Positions 28,178 through 37,134 of a stretch of 64,000 nt of DNA are shown one piece after another. The DNA comes from Longimicrobiales bacterium (GTDB taxonomy: Bacteria; Gemmatimonadota; Gemmatimonadetes; Longimicrobiales; RSA9). A program made the position numbers and the translations under genes. Below the pieces are notes generated by a model. That model had not been told where the DNA came from and did not search any database. It saw only the letters and a list, made by a program, of their open reading frames with translations. Numbering within the stretch: position 1 is the first letter of the stretch; each line of letters opens with the position of its first letter. Location of the stretch: the NCBI GenBank assembly GCA_036377735.1, contig DASUXU010000104.1:10904-74903 (forward strand), read 5' to 3'.

Positions 28178-29098
28178 TCAGACCCGCGAGAAGCGGTACC
28201 CGATCATCTTGTAAACCAGCTTCGCCACCAGGAAGTCCGGCGCTGACAGCCCGGGGATCGGCGCCAGCTCCACCACGTCCGCGGCGTGCACGGTCCGCTC
28301 GCGGAAGACGCGCCGCAGCAGCTTCATGACCGGGTACCACTGGAGCCCGCCCGGCTCCGGAGTCCCCGTCGACGGCACCAGCGACGGATCGAAGCCGTCC
28401 ACGTCGAACGAGATGTAGACATCATCTCCAAGCTTCGACATGACGTCATCCATCCACGCGTCGCCGGTGTGGATGTCATCCGCCAGGAACAGGTGCACGT
28501 TGTCGCGCGAGCGCGCGAGCTGCATCTCCTCACGCGTAATTGCACGGATACCTACTGCGACGAGATTCACGCGCTCGTGCACTCGATGCATCACCGCGGC
28601 ATGCGAATAGGGTGAACCCTCGTATTCGGCGCGCAGGTCCGTGTGCGCATCGAACTGCAGCACCGTGAGCTTCCGGCCCTCTTTTGCAAGACGGTCCGTC
28701 CACGCCAGGATCGGGGCGCTCGAGATCGAGTGCTCTCCCCCCAGCATGATCACGAACTTGTCTCCACTCTCCTTCAGCACCGCATCATACGCTTCGCGCA
28801 GCTCGCTGACGGCAGACTCGGGACCTGCACCCGTCAGCGACAGCGACGGCAGTGTCGCAATCCCGACATCCGCCGGCTCCGCATCCAGTTCCTGGTCGTA
28901 CAGCTCGATGAATCGCGACGCCTCGATGATCGCGCCCGGACCATGCGCGGTCCCGGCGCCGTAGCTCACCGTCGCCTCGTACGGCACCGGCAGGATTACC
29001 GCGGACGCCTTCGCGAAATCACTTCCCTCCTCGTCCAGACCCATGAACGTGTTCGGCAGCTCCCACTCGAGCGCACGAAGTGCCTTCGGTACCTGCAT
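28178..29098 (-). CDS. speB: agmatinase (ureohydrolase family)
   Basis: Mn-binding motifs GGEHSIS, FDAHTDL, SFDVDGFDPS and VELAP. Confidence 0.85.
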   Translation of the reverse strand: MQVPKALRALEWELPNTFMGLDEEGSDFAKASAVILPVPYEATVSYGAGTAHGPGAIIEASRFIELYDQELDAEPADVGIATLPSLSLTGAGPESAVSELREAYDAVLKESGDKFVIMLGGEHSISSAPILAWTDRLAKEGRKLTVLQFDAHTDLRAEYEGSPYSHAAVMHRVHERVNLVAVGIRAITREEMQLARSRDNVHLFLADDIHTGDAWMDDVMSKLGDDVYISFDVDGFDPSLVPSTGTPEPGGLQWYPVMKLLRRVFRERTVHAADVVELAPIPGLSAPDFLVAKLVYKMIGYRFSRV

Positions 29099-29116
29099 CG
29101 ATATCTCGTCTCTGTT

Positions 29117-29599
29117 TCAGGAAATCGTGTCGATCGGACAGCTGAGGCCTTCCCAGCGGATCGCCGCGCCCTGGGCCTGGCACGACGCACAGATACCATA
29201 GATCTGGAGGCGGTAGCGCGCCGGCTGGAAACCATGGCGCAGCGCTTCCTCCTCCTGCATGCGGATCAGCTCGGAGCTGTGGATCTCGCTCACCGTTCCG
29301 CACTCCGTGCAGATCAGGTGCTCACGCACCGGCTTCTGGCCGAACAGGTGCTCGTAACGCTTGAAGCCCTCCCCGAAATCGTGCTCCTGCACGAGTCCGC
29401 TCTTGACCAGCATTTCGAGTGTGCGATAGACCGTCGCCTTGCCGATCCGCTCGCCCTGGTCCCGCAGCTTCGCCTCGATGTCATCCACCGACAGGTGCTG
29501 CTCGGAACCGAACACGATTTCCGCGATCGACTCCCGCTGCTGTGTAACCGGCAGACCCTGCTCGCGGAGGTATCGTCGGAAGAGATGGACGTAGCTCAT
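29117..29599 (-). CDS. fur: Fur family transcriptional regulator
   Basis: Winged-helix region (GKATVYRTLEML), HLICTECG and C-terminal CASC. Confidence 0.88.
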   Translation of the reverse strand: MSYVHLFRRYLREQGLPVTQQRESIAEIVFGSEQHLSVDDIEAKLRDQGERIGKATVYRTLEMLVKSGLVQEHDFGEGFKRYEHLFGQKPVREHLICTECGTVSEIHSSELIRMQEEEALRHGFQPARYRLQIYGICASCQAQGAAIRWEGLSCPIDTIS

Positions 29600-29613
29600 G
29601 GTCGCTCCGGTTT

Positions 29614-29638
29614 GCTATCAACAATGATTATTGATAGC
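29614..29638. promoter_or_regulatory. Fur-box-like inverted repeat upstream of fur
   Basis: GCTATCAACAATGATTATTGATAGC is an AT-rich palindrome (TATCAA...TTGATA around AATGATTAT). It resembles the GATAATGATAATCATTATC consensus and overlaps the predicted -10. Confidence 0.65.
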
Positions 29639-29660
29639 GGACCACGGCATCCCCGGTCAA
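29631..29660 (-). promoter_or_regulatory. sigma70-like promoter of fur
   Basis: Minus strand: TTGACC, 18-nt spacer, TATCAA. Confidence 0.5.
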
Positions 29661-30091
29661 CCCTCGTCCGGGAGAGGACGGGGGGCGCCCAGCTCTGTCA
29701 GGAGGTCTGTCCAGGCTTCGAATGAGCGGTCGATCCGCTCGTTGCGCGGGGGCTGCTCTATGTCCTCACCGAGCCGGCGCAGGACGCCTTCGACCACGCG
29801 CTCGACCGACCCGACCGGGGCACTGCCGTGCTCGTCGATGCGGTCCTGCACCTTGGCCACGCCCTTTTTGTCGCGCGTAACCGTGAAGCGGGCCGTGAGA
29901 ACGCGCCGGCGGTCCGGATCGTCCTCACACAGCGCGAAGACGATAACAGTGCTTTCGCCGACGGCGATCCGGCGGGTGGGAAAGATCCAGATCTGATCTA
30001 CGGCGTCGATGCCGACGCGTTCGGCCACGGAGGCGAGCAGCGCGTGTACGGCACCCGCATCAGGCTGGGTGTTGACCCACTGCGTGGTCAT
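29657..30091 (-). CDS. hypothetical protein (144 aa), translationally coupled to the upstream gene
   Basis: GC3-rich ORF with an ATGA overlap with the stop of 30088..31218. No family recognised. Confidence 0.65.
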   Translation of the reverse strand: MTTQWVNTQPDAGAVHALLASVAERVGIDAVDQIWIFPTRRIAVGESTVIVFALCEDDPDRRRVLTARFTVTRDKKGVAKVQDRIDEHGSAPVGSVERVVEGVLRRLGEDIEQPPRNERIDRSFEAWTDLLTELGAPRPLPDEG

Positions 30092-31218
30092 GATGCGGCT
30101 CCTGCCACCGGCGCGGCCGGCGTGGCGTTCTGGCCCGATTCCACGAAATGACGCAGCACGTGCAGGAAGTCCTGCGCGTTGGTGATCACACCGAACGCCT
30201 GGTGTGTGCCGCGGTCCTTGAGCTTGCTGACGACGAACTCGGAGCTGTCGACGGCAATGGTGGTCAGTGGCCTGAGCTCGGTGTCCGATTCGACCACGTA
30301 GGAAGGCAGCATGTTGCCGAACGCGATGGCATGCAGTGCAGTCGCCACCATGATGGTCATGGTGGCCTTCACTGCATGCTCGCGCATGACTTCCTGCGCA
30401 CGCAGCGTGTCCGGAATGGTATCCGGCAGGGGTCCGTCGTCGCGGATGGAGCCGGCCAGCACGAAGGGCACGTTGTTCCGGACGCAGGCGTGCATGATGC
30501 CTTCGGTAAGTATGCCCTGTTCGACTGCCGCGCGAATGGAACCGGCGGCGGCAATACGGTTGATGGCGCGCATGTGGAATGCGTGTCCGCCGGTGACTGG
30601 CCGGCCGCTGCGGTCCATTCCGAGCGTGGTACCCATCAGCGCCTGCTCGATGTCATGCACAGCGACCGCGTTCCCGCCGAGCAGTGCGCCGACGTATCCG
30701 TTCTCGATGAACCAGGTGATGACGTCGCGACCACGGGAGTGCAGGACCGCCGGCCCCACCACCCACACGATGTGTCCGCCGCGCTCTCGCTCGTTGCGCA
30801 TGATGTCCGCGAGCTGCGCATAGTCGACCGGCTTCTCGCGGCTCACCTGCGAGCTCATGAACTGGAACTCGTCGCCCGCACCGGCGTCGTGCGTGCCGAG
30901 GAATGCGCCGGCGTGCACGAAGATCCCTTCGGATCCGTCTTCAGCGTAGCCGACCGCAACCGCCTGTCCCTTGCGTACGAACCGGCCCTCGAGCACGCGC
31001 AGCCCGCCGTCCTCCGTGGTGACGATCGCGGCATCCATGCGCGGAAAGCGCGGGAGACGCCACTCGCCGCGGATCTTCACATACGTCGGAAGATTGCTGG
31101 TGCTGAAGAATCCATCCGGCAGCACGCCATCGGCGGGAGCCGGCCTGAACGCGGCATCGGGCGCCGCGGCGAGGCGGCTCTGGGTCAGATCGGGAGGCGT
31201 AAAGCTCTGCTGCATCAC
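30088..31218 (-). CDS. TIGR00300 / LOR-SDH-like family protein (ArgZ C-terminal / archaeal-type ornithine cyclodeaminase-like), tentative
   Basis: VWVVGPAVLHSRG, GGNAVAVHDIEQALMGTTLG, GGHAFHMRAIN and LAGSIRDDGPLPD recalled as hallmarks of this family, from memory only. The N-terminal ~120 aa differ. Confidence 0.6.
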   Translation of the reverse strand: MMQQSFTPPDLTQSRLAAAPDAAFRPAPADGVLPDGFFSTSNLPTYVKIRGEWRLPRFPRMDAAIVTTEDGGLRVLEGRFVRKGQAVAVGYAEDGSEGIFVHAGAFLGTHDAGAGDEFQFMSSQVSREKPVDYAQLADIMRNERERGGHIVWVVGPAVLHSRGRDVITWFIENGYVGALLGGNAVAVHDIEQALMGTTLGMDRSGRPVTGGHAFHMRAINRIAAAGSIRAAVEQGILTEGIMHACVRNNVPFVLAGSIRDDGPLPDTIPDTLRAQEVMREHAVKATMTIMVATALHAIAFGNMLPSYVVESDTELRPLTTIAVDSSEFVVSKLKDRGTHQAFGVITNAQDFLHVLRHFVESGQNATPAAPVAGAAS

Positions 31219-31224
31219 GGAAAT

Positions 31225-32283
31225 CTAATCTGCGGGATTGGCGCTGCGATAGCCCGCGGGCAGCGCCCTGATGGCTTCGCGCACCGCGTTCAGAACCTTC
31301 TCCTGCGCCACTTCCAGCCGGTCGCCCATGAGCGTTCCCGCGGCCTTGACATGGCCACCGCCGCCCAGCCTGCGCGCAATCGCATTCACATCGACATCGC
31401 CGCTCGAGCGGAGCGACACTTTTGTGGAACCGTCCGACGTCTCGCGGAACAGGATCGCCACCTCTGTCCCTTCGATCGAGCGCGCGTGCTCGATCAGGCC
31501 CTCCACATCGTCAGCCGTAGCATCGAGCTCGTTCATGATCTCGCGGCGGACCGTGATCCACGTAATCGGCAGCTCGTCGTCCGTGCGGAGCTGATCCAGG
31601 CCATGGCGGAGAAGCTGGATGCGGCGCAGCGGCACCATGGCGAACAGTCGCCGGTATACCGCTTCCGGATCCACTCCCTGCTCGATCATGTCGCCCGCGA
31701 TCGCGTGCGCGCGCCGGGTCGAGTTGGAGAACCGGAACGAACCGGTGTCCATTACGATGGCCGTGTAGATCCCCTCGATGATCGTCATGCCCCACGGACG
31801 GTCCGCTTCGGCAACCGTCAACAGGTCGTACACCAGCTCTCCCGTCGCGCAGGCCGTGGAGTCCTCGAGTACGAGACCGTCGAACCCGATGTCTGGCGGC
31901 ACGTGATGATCGATGACGGCAATCGGACGACCGGCCACCAGCGTTGCCAGGCGACCGACGCGCTTCGGCTCGCTCGTGTCCAGGATCAGCACGACGTCCG
32001 CGCCCGCGATCGTATCGGCAACCCGCGTATCCGACGGATCGCGCACCCAGTCCGGGTTGCCGAGCAGGTGGGTGAACTGCGGCGGGAAGGGCGTCGGATT
32101 GACGATATGCACAGTCTTCCCTTCCCGCTCGAGCCACGCGGCCACAGCCACCTCGCTGCCGGTGCCGTCGCCATCCGCATTCACATGCGTGACCAGCACC
32201 ACGTTCTGCGCTGCCCGCAGCTTCGCCGCGATTTCAGCCAGCCGGTTGCGACGGTGGGACGGTACGGAAAGAACGTCTGTCAT
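31225..32283 (-). CDS. nrnA: DHH/DHHA1 phosphoesterase (NrnA-like oligoribonuclease / pAp phosphatase)
   Basis: THVNADGDGTGS, IDHHVPP and GGGGHVKAAG motifs. Start at ATG 32283 (residue 86 of the track ORF), just after the upstream stop. Confidence 0.8.
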   Translation of the reverse strand: MTDVLSVPSHRRNRLAEIAAKLRAAQNVVLVTHVNADGDGTGSEVAVAAWLEREGKTVHIVNPTPFPPQFTHLLGNPDWVRDPSDTRVADTIAGADVVLILDTSEPKRVGRLATLVAGRPIAVIDHHVPPDIGFDGLVLEDSTACATGELVYDLLTVAEADRPWGMTIIEGIYTAIVMDTGSFRFSNSTRRAHAIAGDMIEQGVDPEAVYRRLFAMVPLRRIQLLRHGLDQLRTDDELPITWITVRREIMNELDATADDVEGLIEHARSIEGTEVAILFRETSDGSTKVSLRSSGDVDVNAIARRLGGGGHVKAAGTLMGDRLEVAQEKVLNAVREAIRALPAGYRSANPAD

Positions 32284-32305
32284 CTCGTCTGTACTCCGAA
32301 CACCC

Positions 32306-32953
32306 TCAGCGGGTGAGCTTCTTGTGAAGTTTTGCATACGTCGATGCAATGTGCACGATGTGCGACGACGACCGTCCGTGAATCGTGCCCTGGCGCAGTG
32401 CCGCCAGGAATGCAGCGGGCGTATCGTCACATGCGGGCATCTCCACGTGACCGCGTCCGAGCTCCGCCAGCGTGTGGGCATCCGAGCCCGCACCCAGCGG
32501 CAGGTCCCGCGCCCGCGCCCATTCCACCGCCTGCTCATTCAGGCGGGGATCGTGCAGCCGGGCGTTGAAACCCTCGACCGCATCCACAAGATCCTCGATC
32601 AGCGGGAGGATGAAGCCGCCACCTCCCTTCCCCTTTGCGAACGGGTGCGGCACATAGACGATTCCACCCTGCTCCCGGATGCGCTCGCAGGTTGCGCGCG
32701 CCGGTGTACCCTTCGGAATCTTCTCACTGATGAACAGCCCGATCACGTCCACACCCTCGCCGGTCTTCACTTCCTCACCGACGATGACGAACGACGGGAA
32801 TTCCGCCTTCAGCTGGAGGGCGACGTGGATCTCGTTGTGGTCGGTGATGCAGATGCGGTCGAGACCCCTGTTCCGCGCAGCCGCCACCAGGCGCGCGGGA
32901 TCGTTCAGACAATCGAACGATGCGCGCGTGTGCATGTGCATGTCTATGCGCAT
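32306..32953 (-). CDS. PHP domain metal-dependent phosphoesterase
   Basis: MRIDMHMHTRASFD (HxH), ITDHN and GSDAH motifs. Start is ambiguous (32977, 32953 or 32941). Confidence 0.75.
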   Translation of the reverse strand: MRIDMHMHTRASFDCLNDPARLVAAARNRGLDRICITDHNEIHVALQLKAEFPSFVIVGEEVKTGEGVDVIGLFISEKIPKGTPARATCERIREQGGIVYVPHPFAKGKGGGGFILPLIEDLVDAVEGFNARLHDPRLNEQAVEWARARDLPLGAGSDAHTLAELGRGHVEMPACDDTPAAFLAALRQGTIHGRSSSHIVHIASTYAKLHKKLTR

Positions 32954-34191
32954 GCGCGCTCCGATATGCCCCGCCACAGAACCGCGGCCTTCTGCTCGAG
33001 CTCCTCGAGCGTGCCATCATTGTCGATCACGTGGTCGACGTAGTCCAGCTTCTCGTCGGCGTCCGTCTGCGCATCGATCATCGCCTGTGCCTGCTCCGCG
33101 TTCAGACCGCGGTGCGCGACGATACGTTCGAGGCGCACATCTTCCGGCGCATCGACGAAAACCGTCTCGTCGAAGGTGTCCTGGAGGTTTACCTCGAACA
33201 GGAGCGGTATGACGTGCACGGCAATCCGGGCGCCGCGCGCGCGCAGTGCCGCCTCCGCTTCCCGTCTGCCGAGCTCGACCTGCGGATGGACGATTGCCTC
33301 CAGCTCCTTCCGCGCGACGTCGTCACCGAAGACGATTGCACGCAGTCGCTCGCGATCGAGCTCCCCACCCTCCGTAATCACTTCTTCGCCGAACCTGCGG
33401 CGGATGGTCGCCAGCGCGGGTGATCCGGGTGCGACGGCAGCGCGCGCAAGGATGTCGGCATCGACGATCTCCGCGCCGAGCTTTGCCCATACGTCTGCAA
33501 CCGCCGACTTCCCGCTCGCGATGTTGCCTGTCAGTCCCACGCGATACAGGGGCGCGCCGCCATTCGCGGCAGCTTCCGCACGTGCCCGGCGCGCGTCGCG
33601 TCGCCGCTTCACGGCGACCCACACAGCAACCATGAACGCGACCAGGAGTAAGGCACTGGCGATGCCGAGGTAGCGTGCAACGGCTTCCCAGCTCTGTCCG
33701 GCGATGTAGCCGAGTGCGACAGATGCTGCCGCCCAGGCAGCGACGCCGATCGCGTCGTACATCGTATAGCGGCGATACCGCATGCCGCTCATGCCCGCAA
33801 GCCAGGGAGTCAGTGTGCGGACGAAGGAAATGAAGCGCGCACCGCTGATTGCGAGCAGCGGCTGGCGGCGGAACAGCGCATGGGCGCGCACTTCATGCCG
33901 GCGCCACATCCGCCCGATCCTGCCGTCGGATACCGCAGCGCGGTCGCCGCCGTAGCGGCCGAGGAAGTATCCGATCTGATCCCCGGCGAATCCGCCGGCC
34001 GCGGCGGCTACGAAGACGGATTCAATGGAGAAGTAGCTGTCGGCGGCAAGGAATGATGCGAGCAGGATGGTCGCTTCCGCGGGAAGCAGCAGCCCGATGA
34101 AGCATGCTGTTTCCAGCAGCGTGATGGCGAACACGAGCCAGGGACCGAACCGTGAGACGGCCGGCGCGAGCTGGTCCAGGAAGGCTTCCAC
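32944..34191 (-). CDS. coaE: fusion protein: DedA-family membrane domain plus dephospho-CoA kinase
   Basis: The N-terminal ~200 aa are DedA/SNARE-associated-like (ETACFIGLLLPAE, GDQIGYFLGRYGG). One further TM segment and an RRRDARR linker follow. The C-terminal ~200 aa are CoaE (VGLTGNIASGKS, VDADILAR, IVHPQV, IPLLFE). Confidence 0.8.
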   Translation of the reverse strand: MEAFLDQLAPAVSRFGPWLVFAITLLETACFIGLLLPAEATILLASFLAADSYFSIESVFVAAAAGGFAGDQIGYFLGRYGGDRAAVSDGRIGRMWRRHEVRAHALFRRQPLLAISGARFISFVRTLTPWLAGMSGMRYRRYTMYDAIGVAAWAAASVALGYIAGQSWEAVARYLGIASALLLVAFMVAVWVAVKRRRDARRARAEAAANGGAPLYRVGLTGNIASGKSAVADVWAKLGAEIVDADILARAAVAPGSPALATIRRRFGEEVITEGGELDRERLRAIVFGDDVARKELEAIVHPQVELGRREAEAALRARGARIAVHVIPLLFEVNLQDTFDETVFVDAPEDVRLERIVAHRGLNAEQAQAMIDAQTDADEKLDYVDHVIDNDGTLEELEQKAAVLWRGISERACA

Positions 34192-34200
34192 GCGGCTGTA

Positions 34201-34599
34201 CTACAGCGTAGCGCTCTTGGTGATGTCGTCGGCGTTACCGCGCACGCCGTCAGGTCCGGCGGAGCCGATCGTGACCGTGCGCCCGGTCTTCGACATGAAG
34301 TACGCAGTCCCCCACGGATCCAGATCGCGCTTGTCCGAAGGCGGATGCTCGCGCAGCCAGCGCGGAAATTCCTGCACGGTCGGAACCTGCCGGCCTTCCT
34401 CACTGCGCTGTTTCAGATTCGTAAGGACGGCATTGATCTGCGTGCGCGCGGTGTAGCGGCGCATGGGTGTTGCCGCCTTTTCACCGACCGGGCCCAGCTT
34501 CGCGAACACAGGGTGCAGCTTTTCGATCAGGCCCGCACGGACCGGCGGGATCGCCCAGATCACTGCGAGCAGCAGGAGGAACGCGAGAATTTTCTTCAC
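34201..34599 (-). CDS. GspG-like (T2SS pseudopilin C-domain) protein without a prepilin leader
   Basis: DPWGTAYFMSKTGRTVTIGSAGPDGVRGNADDI matches the T2SS_G pattern DPWGxxY...SxGxDGxxGxxDDI. The N-terminus is a plain signal/anchor (MKKILAFLLLLAVIW) with no GFTLIE motif. Confidence 0.65.
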   Translation of the reverse strand: MKKILAFLLLLAVIWAIPPVRAGLIEKLHPVFAKLGPVGEKAATPMRRYTARTQINAVLTNLKQRSEEGRQVPTVQEFPRWLREHPPSDKRDLDPWGTAYFMSKTGRTVTIGSAGPDGVRGNADDITKSATL

Positions 34600-34904
34600 G
34601 AGTCGTCATCTCCGTGGGTTCTGGTCGAATTCATCCAGCGCAGCCAGTTCAGATAGCGCTTGAGCTCAGGTGCGGACGGTGTGGATCGCTCGTTGCCGTA
34701 GGCGGTATGCAGGCGCCATTCGATATAGGTCTGCGGGGGCACGGGCAGAAAGGGCGGGTGGCGATACCAGTCGCGGCGCCGGAACCGCCAGCCTGCGGCG
34801 AGCAGACGGGGAACGAGCACCGGGTTGAGAAGCGCGATTTTCGCGAAGTTCCAGAGCAGATCAGCCACCGTTGCATGGTTGGGGACCCCTGCAACTATAC
34901 CCAT
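34596..34904 (-). CDS. hypothetical protein; start uncertain
   Basis: ATGA overlap with the downstream gene and a conserved-looking RRRDWYRHPPFLPVPPQTYIEWRLHTAYG. Start could be 34904 or 34979. The track start at 35144 overlaps the divergent E1 gene. Confidence 0.45.
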   Translation of the reverse strand: MGIVAGVPNHATVADLLWNFAKIALLNPVLVPRLLAAGWRFRRRDWYRHPPFLPVPPQTYIEWRLHTAYGNERSTPSAPELKRYLNWLRWMNSTRTHGDDDS

Positions 34905-34935
34905 GACGAGGGGTGGCCGCCAGAGCGGCACGCGG

Positions 34936-34941
34936 GTATAA
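34936..34941 (+). promoter_or_regulatory. perfect TATAAT -10 element upstream of the E1 gene
   Basis: TATAAT lies 64 nt upstream of ATG 35005, in otherwise GC-rich sequence. The -35 is poor (TGGCCG). Confidence 0.3.
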
Positions 34942-35004
34942 TAGGGCCGTTCCGGCCCGGAATTCCCGGTGCTGCCCATCCGCTGCCAGCCTGAAGCTGA
35001 TTCA

Positions 35005-37134
35005 ATGGCCACCAAGGCAAAAAACACTCCGGCAAAGCGCGACGCGAAGGGACTCGACTCGGAGTCGCTCGTGCGCATGTATCGAACGATGGTCGCGGCC
35101 CGGAAGACCGACGACCAGGAGATCCTGCTGAAGAGGCAGAACAAGATCTTCTTCCAGATATCCGGCGCCGGCCATGAGGCAGCGCAGGTCGCGGTTGCGG
35201 CCCACCTGCGGCCCGGCTCCGACTGGTTCTATTTCTATTACCGCGATCGCGCGCTCACGCAGGCGCTCGGCATGACCCCGTACGATCATCTGCTCCAGGC
35301 GGTTGCAGCGGAGGCGGACCCGGCGAGCGGCGGGCGGCAGATGCCATCCCACTGGGGACACCGCGACCTGCGCATCGTCTCCGTCTCGTCGCCCACCGGC
35401 ACGCAGTTCCTTCAGTCCGTCGGCTGCGCCGAAGCCGGAATGCGCGCCAGCCTCGACACGGACATGCGCGCCGCGGTCGAATCGTTCGAAGACGACGAAG
35501 TCGTGCTGTGCACCACGGGTGAAGGCACTACGTCGCAGGGCGAGTTCTGGGAAGCGCTCAACACCGCCTGCAATCTCTCGCTGCCCGTCATCTTCCTCGT
35601 CGAGGACAACGGCTACGCCATCTCCGTTCCGGTCGAGGTCAACACACCGGGCGGCAGCATCAGCAAACTCGTGACCGGATTCCCCGGGATGTACATCGAG
35701 GAGTACGACGGCTGCGACGTCTTCGAGAGCTATGAAGCCGCGGGCCGCGCGGTCGCGCACTGCCGGGCACGTAAGGGTCCTGCTCTGCTGCATGCCCACG
35801 TCATCCGCCCATACTCGCACTCGCTTTCCGACGACGAGCGCATGTACCGGACGAACGAGGAGCGCGAGCAGGAAGCGGCGCGCGATCCGCTTCTCCGTCT
35901 GCGCTCGCACCTGCTGGAAAACGGCATCCTCACCGAGGCTCAGGTCGTGGCGCTCGAGAACGAGGTGGACGCCGAGGTCAAGGATGCATCGGACCGCGCG
36001 TGCGCAATGCCGCAGCCCGCGCGCGATACGGCCATGAGCCATCTCTTCTCGCCCGACGTCGATCCGAAGAGTGACGCGTTCGATACGGAGGACTCGCCCG
36101 CGTTCGAGGGCGAAGAGACGACCATGGTCGACCTCATCAATGCGTGTCTGCGCGACGAGATGGAGCGCGATCCGCGCATCGTCGTGTTCGGTGAGGACGT
36201 CGCCGACGCAAGCCGTGAGGACGTGCTGGAGGAGGTCAAGGGCAAGGGTGGCGTGTTCAAGTGCACGTGGGGTTTGCAGCGCCGCTTCGGTACCAACCGG
36301 GTGTTCAACTCACCGCTCGCGGAGGCCAACATCGTCGGGCGCGCGGTCGGCATGGCCACGCGCGGCTTGAAGCCTGTGGTCGAGATCCAGTTCTTCGACT
36401 ACATCTGGCCGGCCATGATGCAGATCCGGGACGAGCTCGCTACCATGCGCTATCGCTCAGCCGGAAAATGGAAGTCGCCGGTCGTAATCCGCGTCGCGTA
36501 CGGCGGCTACCTGAAGGGTGGCGCGATCTACCACTCGCAGACCGGCGAGACGCTGTTCACGCATACCCCGGGGCTGCACGTCGTGCTGCCTTCGAATGCA
36601 CTCGACGCGAACGGCCTGCTGCGCACGGCGATCCGATCGGACGACCCGGTGATCTTCCTGGAGCACAAACACCTCTACCGCCAGGTCTACAACAAGGGCC
36701 GCTATCCCGGTGCGGACTACATGGTTCCGCTGGGGAAGGCTGCGGTCGTCAGGCCCGGTTCTGACCTGACCGTCGTGGCATGCGGCGCACTCGTCAAGCG
36801 CTCACTGGACGCGGCGCGCGTGGCGGAAGAGCGCGGTATCAATGTGGAGGTCATCGACCTCCGTTCGCTGCAGCCGCTCGACATGGAGACCATCGCTGCG
36901 TCCGTGCGGAAGACGAACAAGGTCATCATCGCGCACGAGGATTCGTTGTCATGGGGCATCGGCTCGGAGATCGCCGCGCGCATCGCCGACGAGTTGTTCC
37001 CCTGGCTGGACGGTCCGGTGCGCCGCGTCGCATCGCTCGATACCTGGGTAGCGTACTCGCCGCAGCTCGAGGATGTGATCCTGCCGCAGGTCGATGACGT
37101 GTTGAAGGCCATCACCGACCTGCACGCCTACTGA
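35005..37134 (+). CDS. 2-oxoacid dehydrogenase E1 component, fused alpha and beta subunits (TPP-dependent)
   Basis: The N-half is E1-alpha-like ([23 protein letters not shown]). The C-half is E1-beta-like ([19 protein letters not shown], transketolase C-domain). Start at ATG 35005 (MATKAKN). Confidence 0.85.
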   Translation: MATKAKNTPAKRDAKGLDSESLVRMYRTMVAARKTDDQEILLKRQNKIFFQISGAGHEAAQVAVAAHLRPGSDWFYFYYRDRALTQALGMTPYDHLLQAVAAEADPASGGRQMPSHWGHRDLRIVSVSSPTGTQFLQSVGCAEAGMRASLDTDMRAAVESFEDDEVVLCTTGEGTTSQGEFWEALNTACNLSLPVIFLVEDNGYAISVPVEVNTPGGSISKLVTGFPGMYIEEYDGCDVFESYEAAGRAVAHCRARKGPALLHAHVIRPYSHSLSDDERMYRTNEEREQEAARDPLLRLRSHLLENGILTEAQVVALENEVDAEVKDASDRACAMPQPARDTAMSHLFSPDVDPKSDAFDTEDSPAFEGEETTMVDLINACLRDEMERDPRIVVFGEDVADASREDVLEEVKGKGGVFKCTWGLQRRFGTNRVFNSPLAEANIVGRAVGMATRGLKPVVEIQFFDYIWPAMMQIRDELATMRYRSAGKWKSPVVIRVAYGGYLKGGAIYHSQTGETLFTHTPGLHVVLPSNALDANGLLRTAIRSDDPVIFLEHKHLYRQVYNKGRYPGADYMVPLGKAAVVRPGSDLTVVACGALVKRSLDAARVAEERGINVEVIDLRSLQPLDMETIAASVRKTNKVIIAHEDSLSWGIGSEIAARIADELFPWLDGPVRRVASLDTWVAYSPQLEDVILPQVDDVLKAITDLHAY

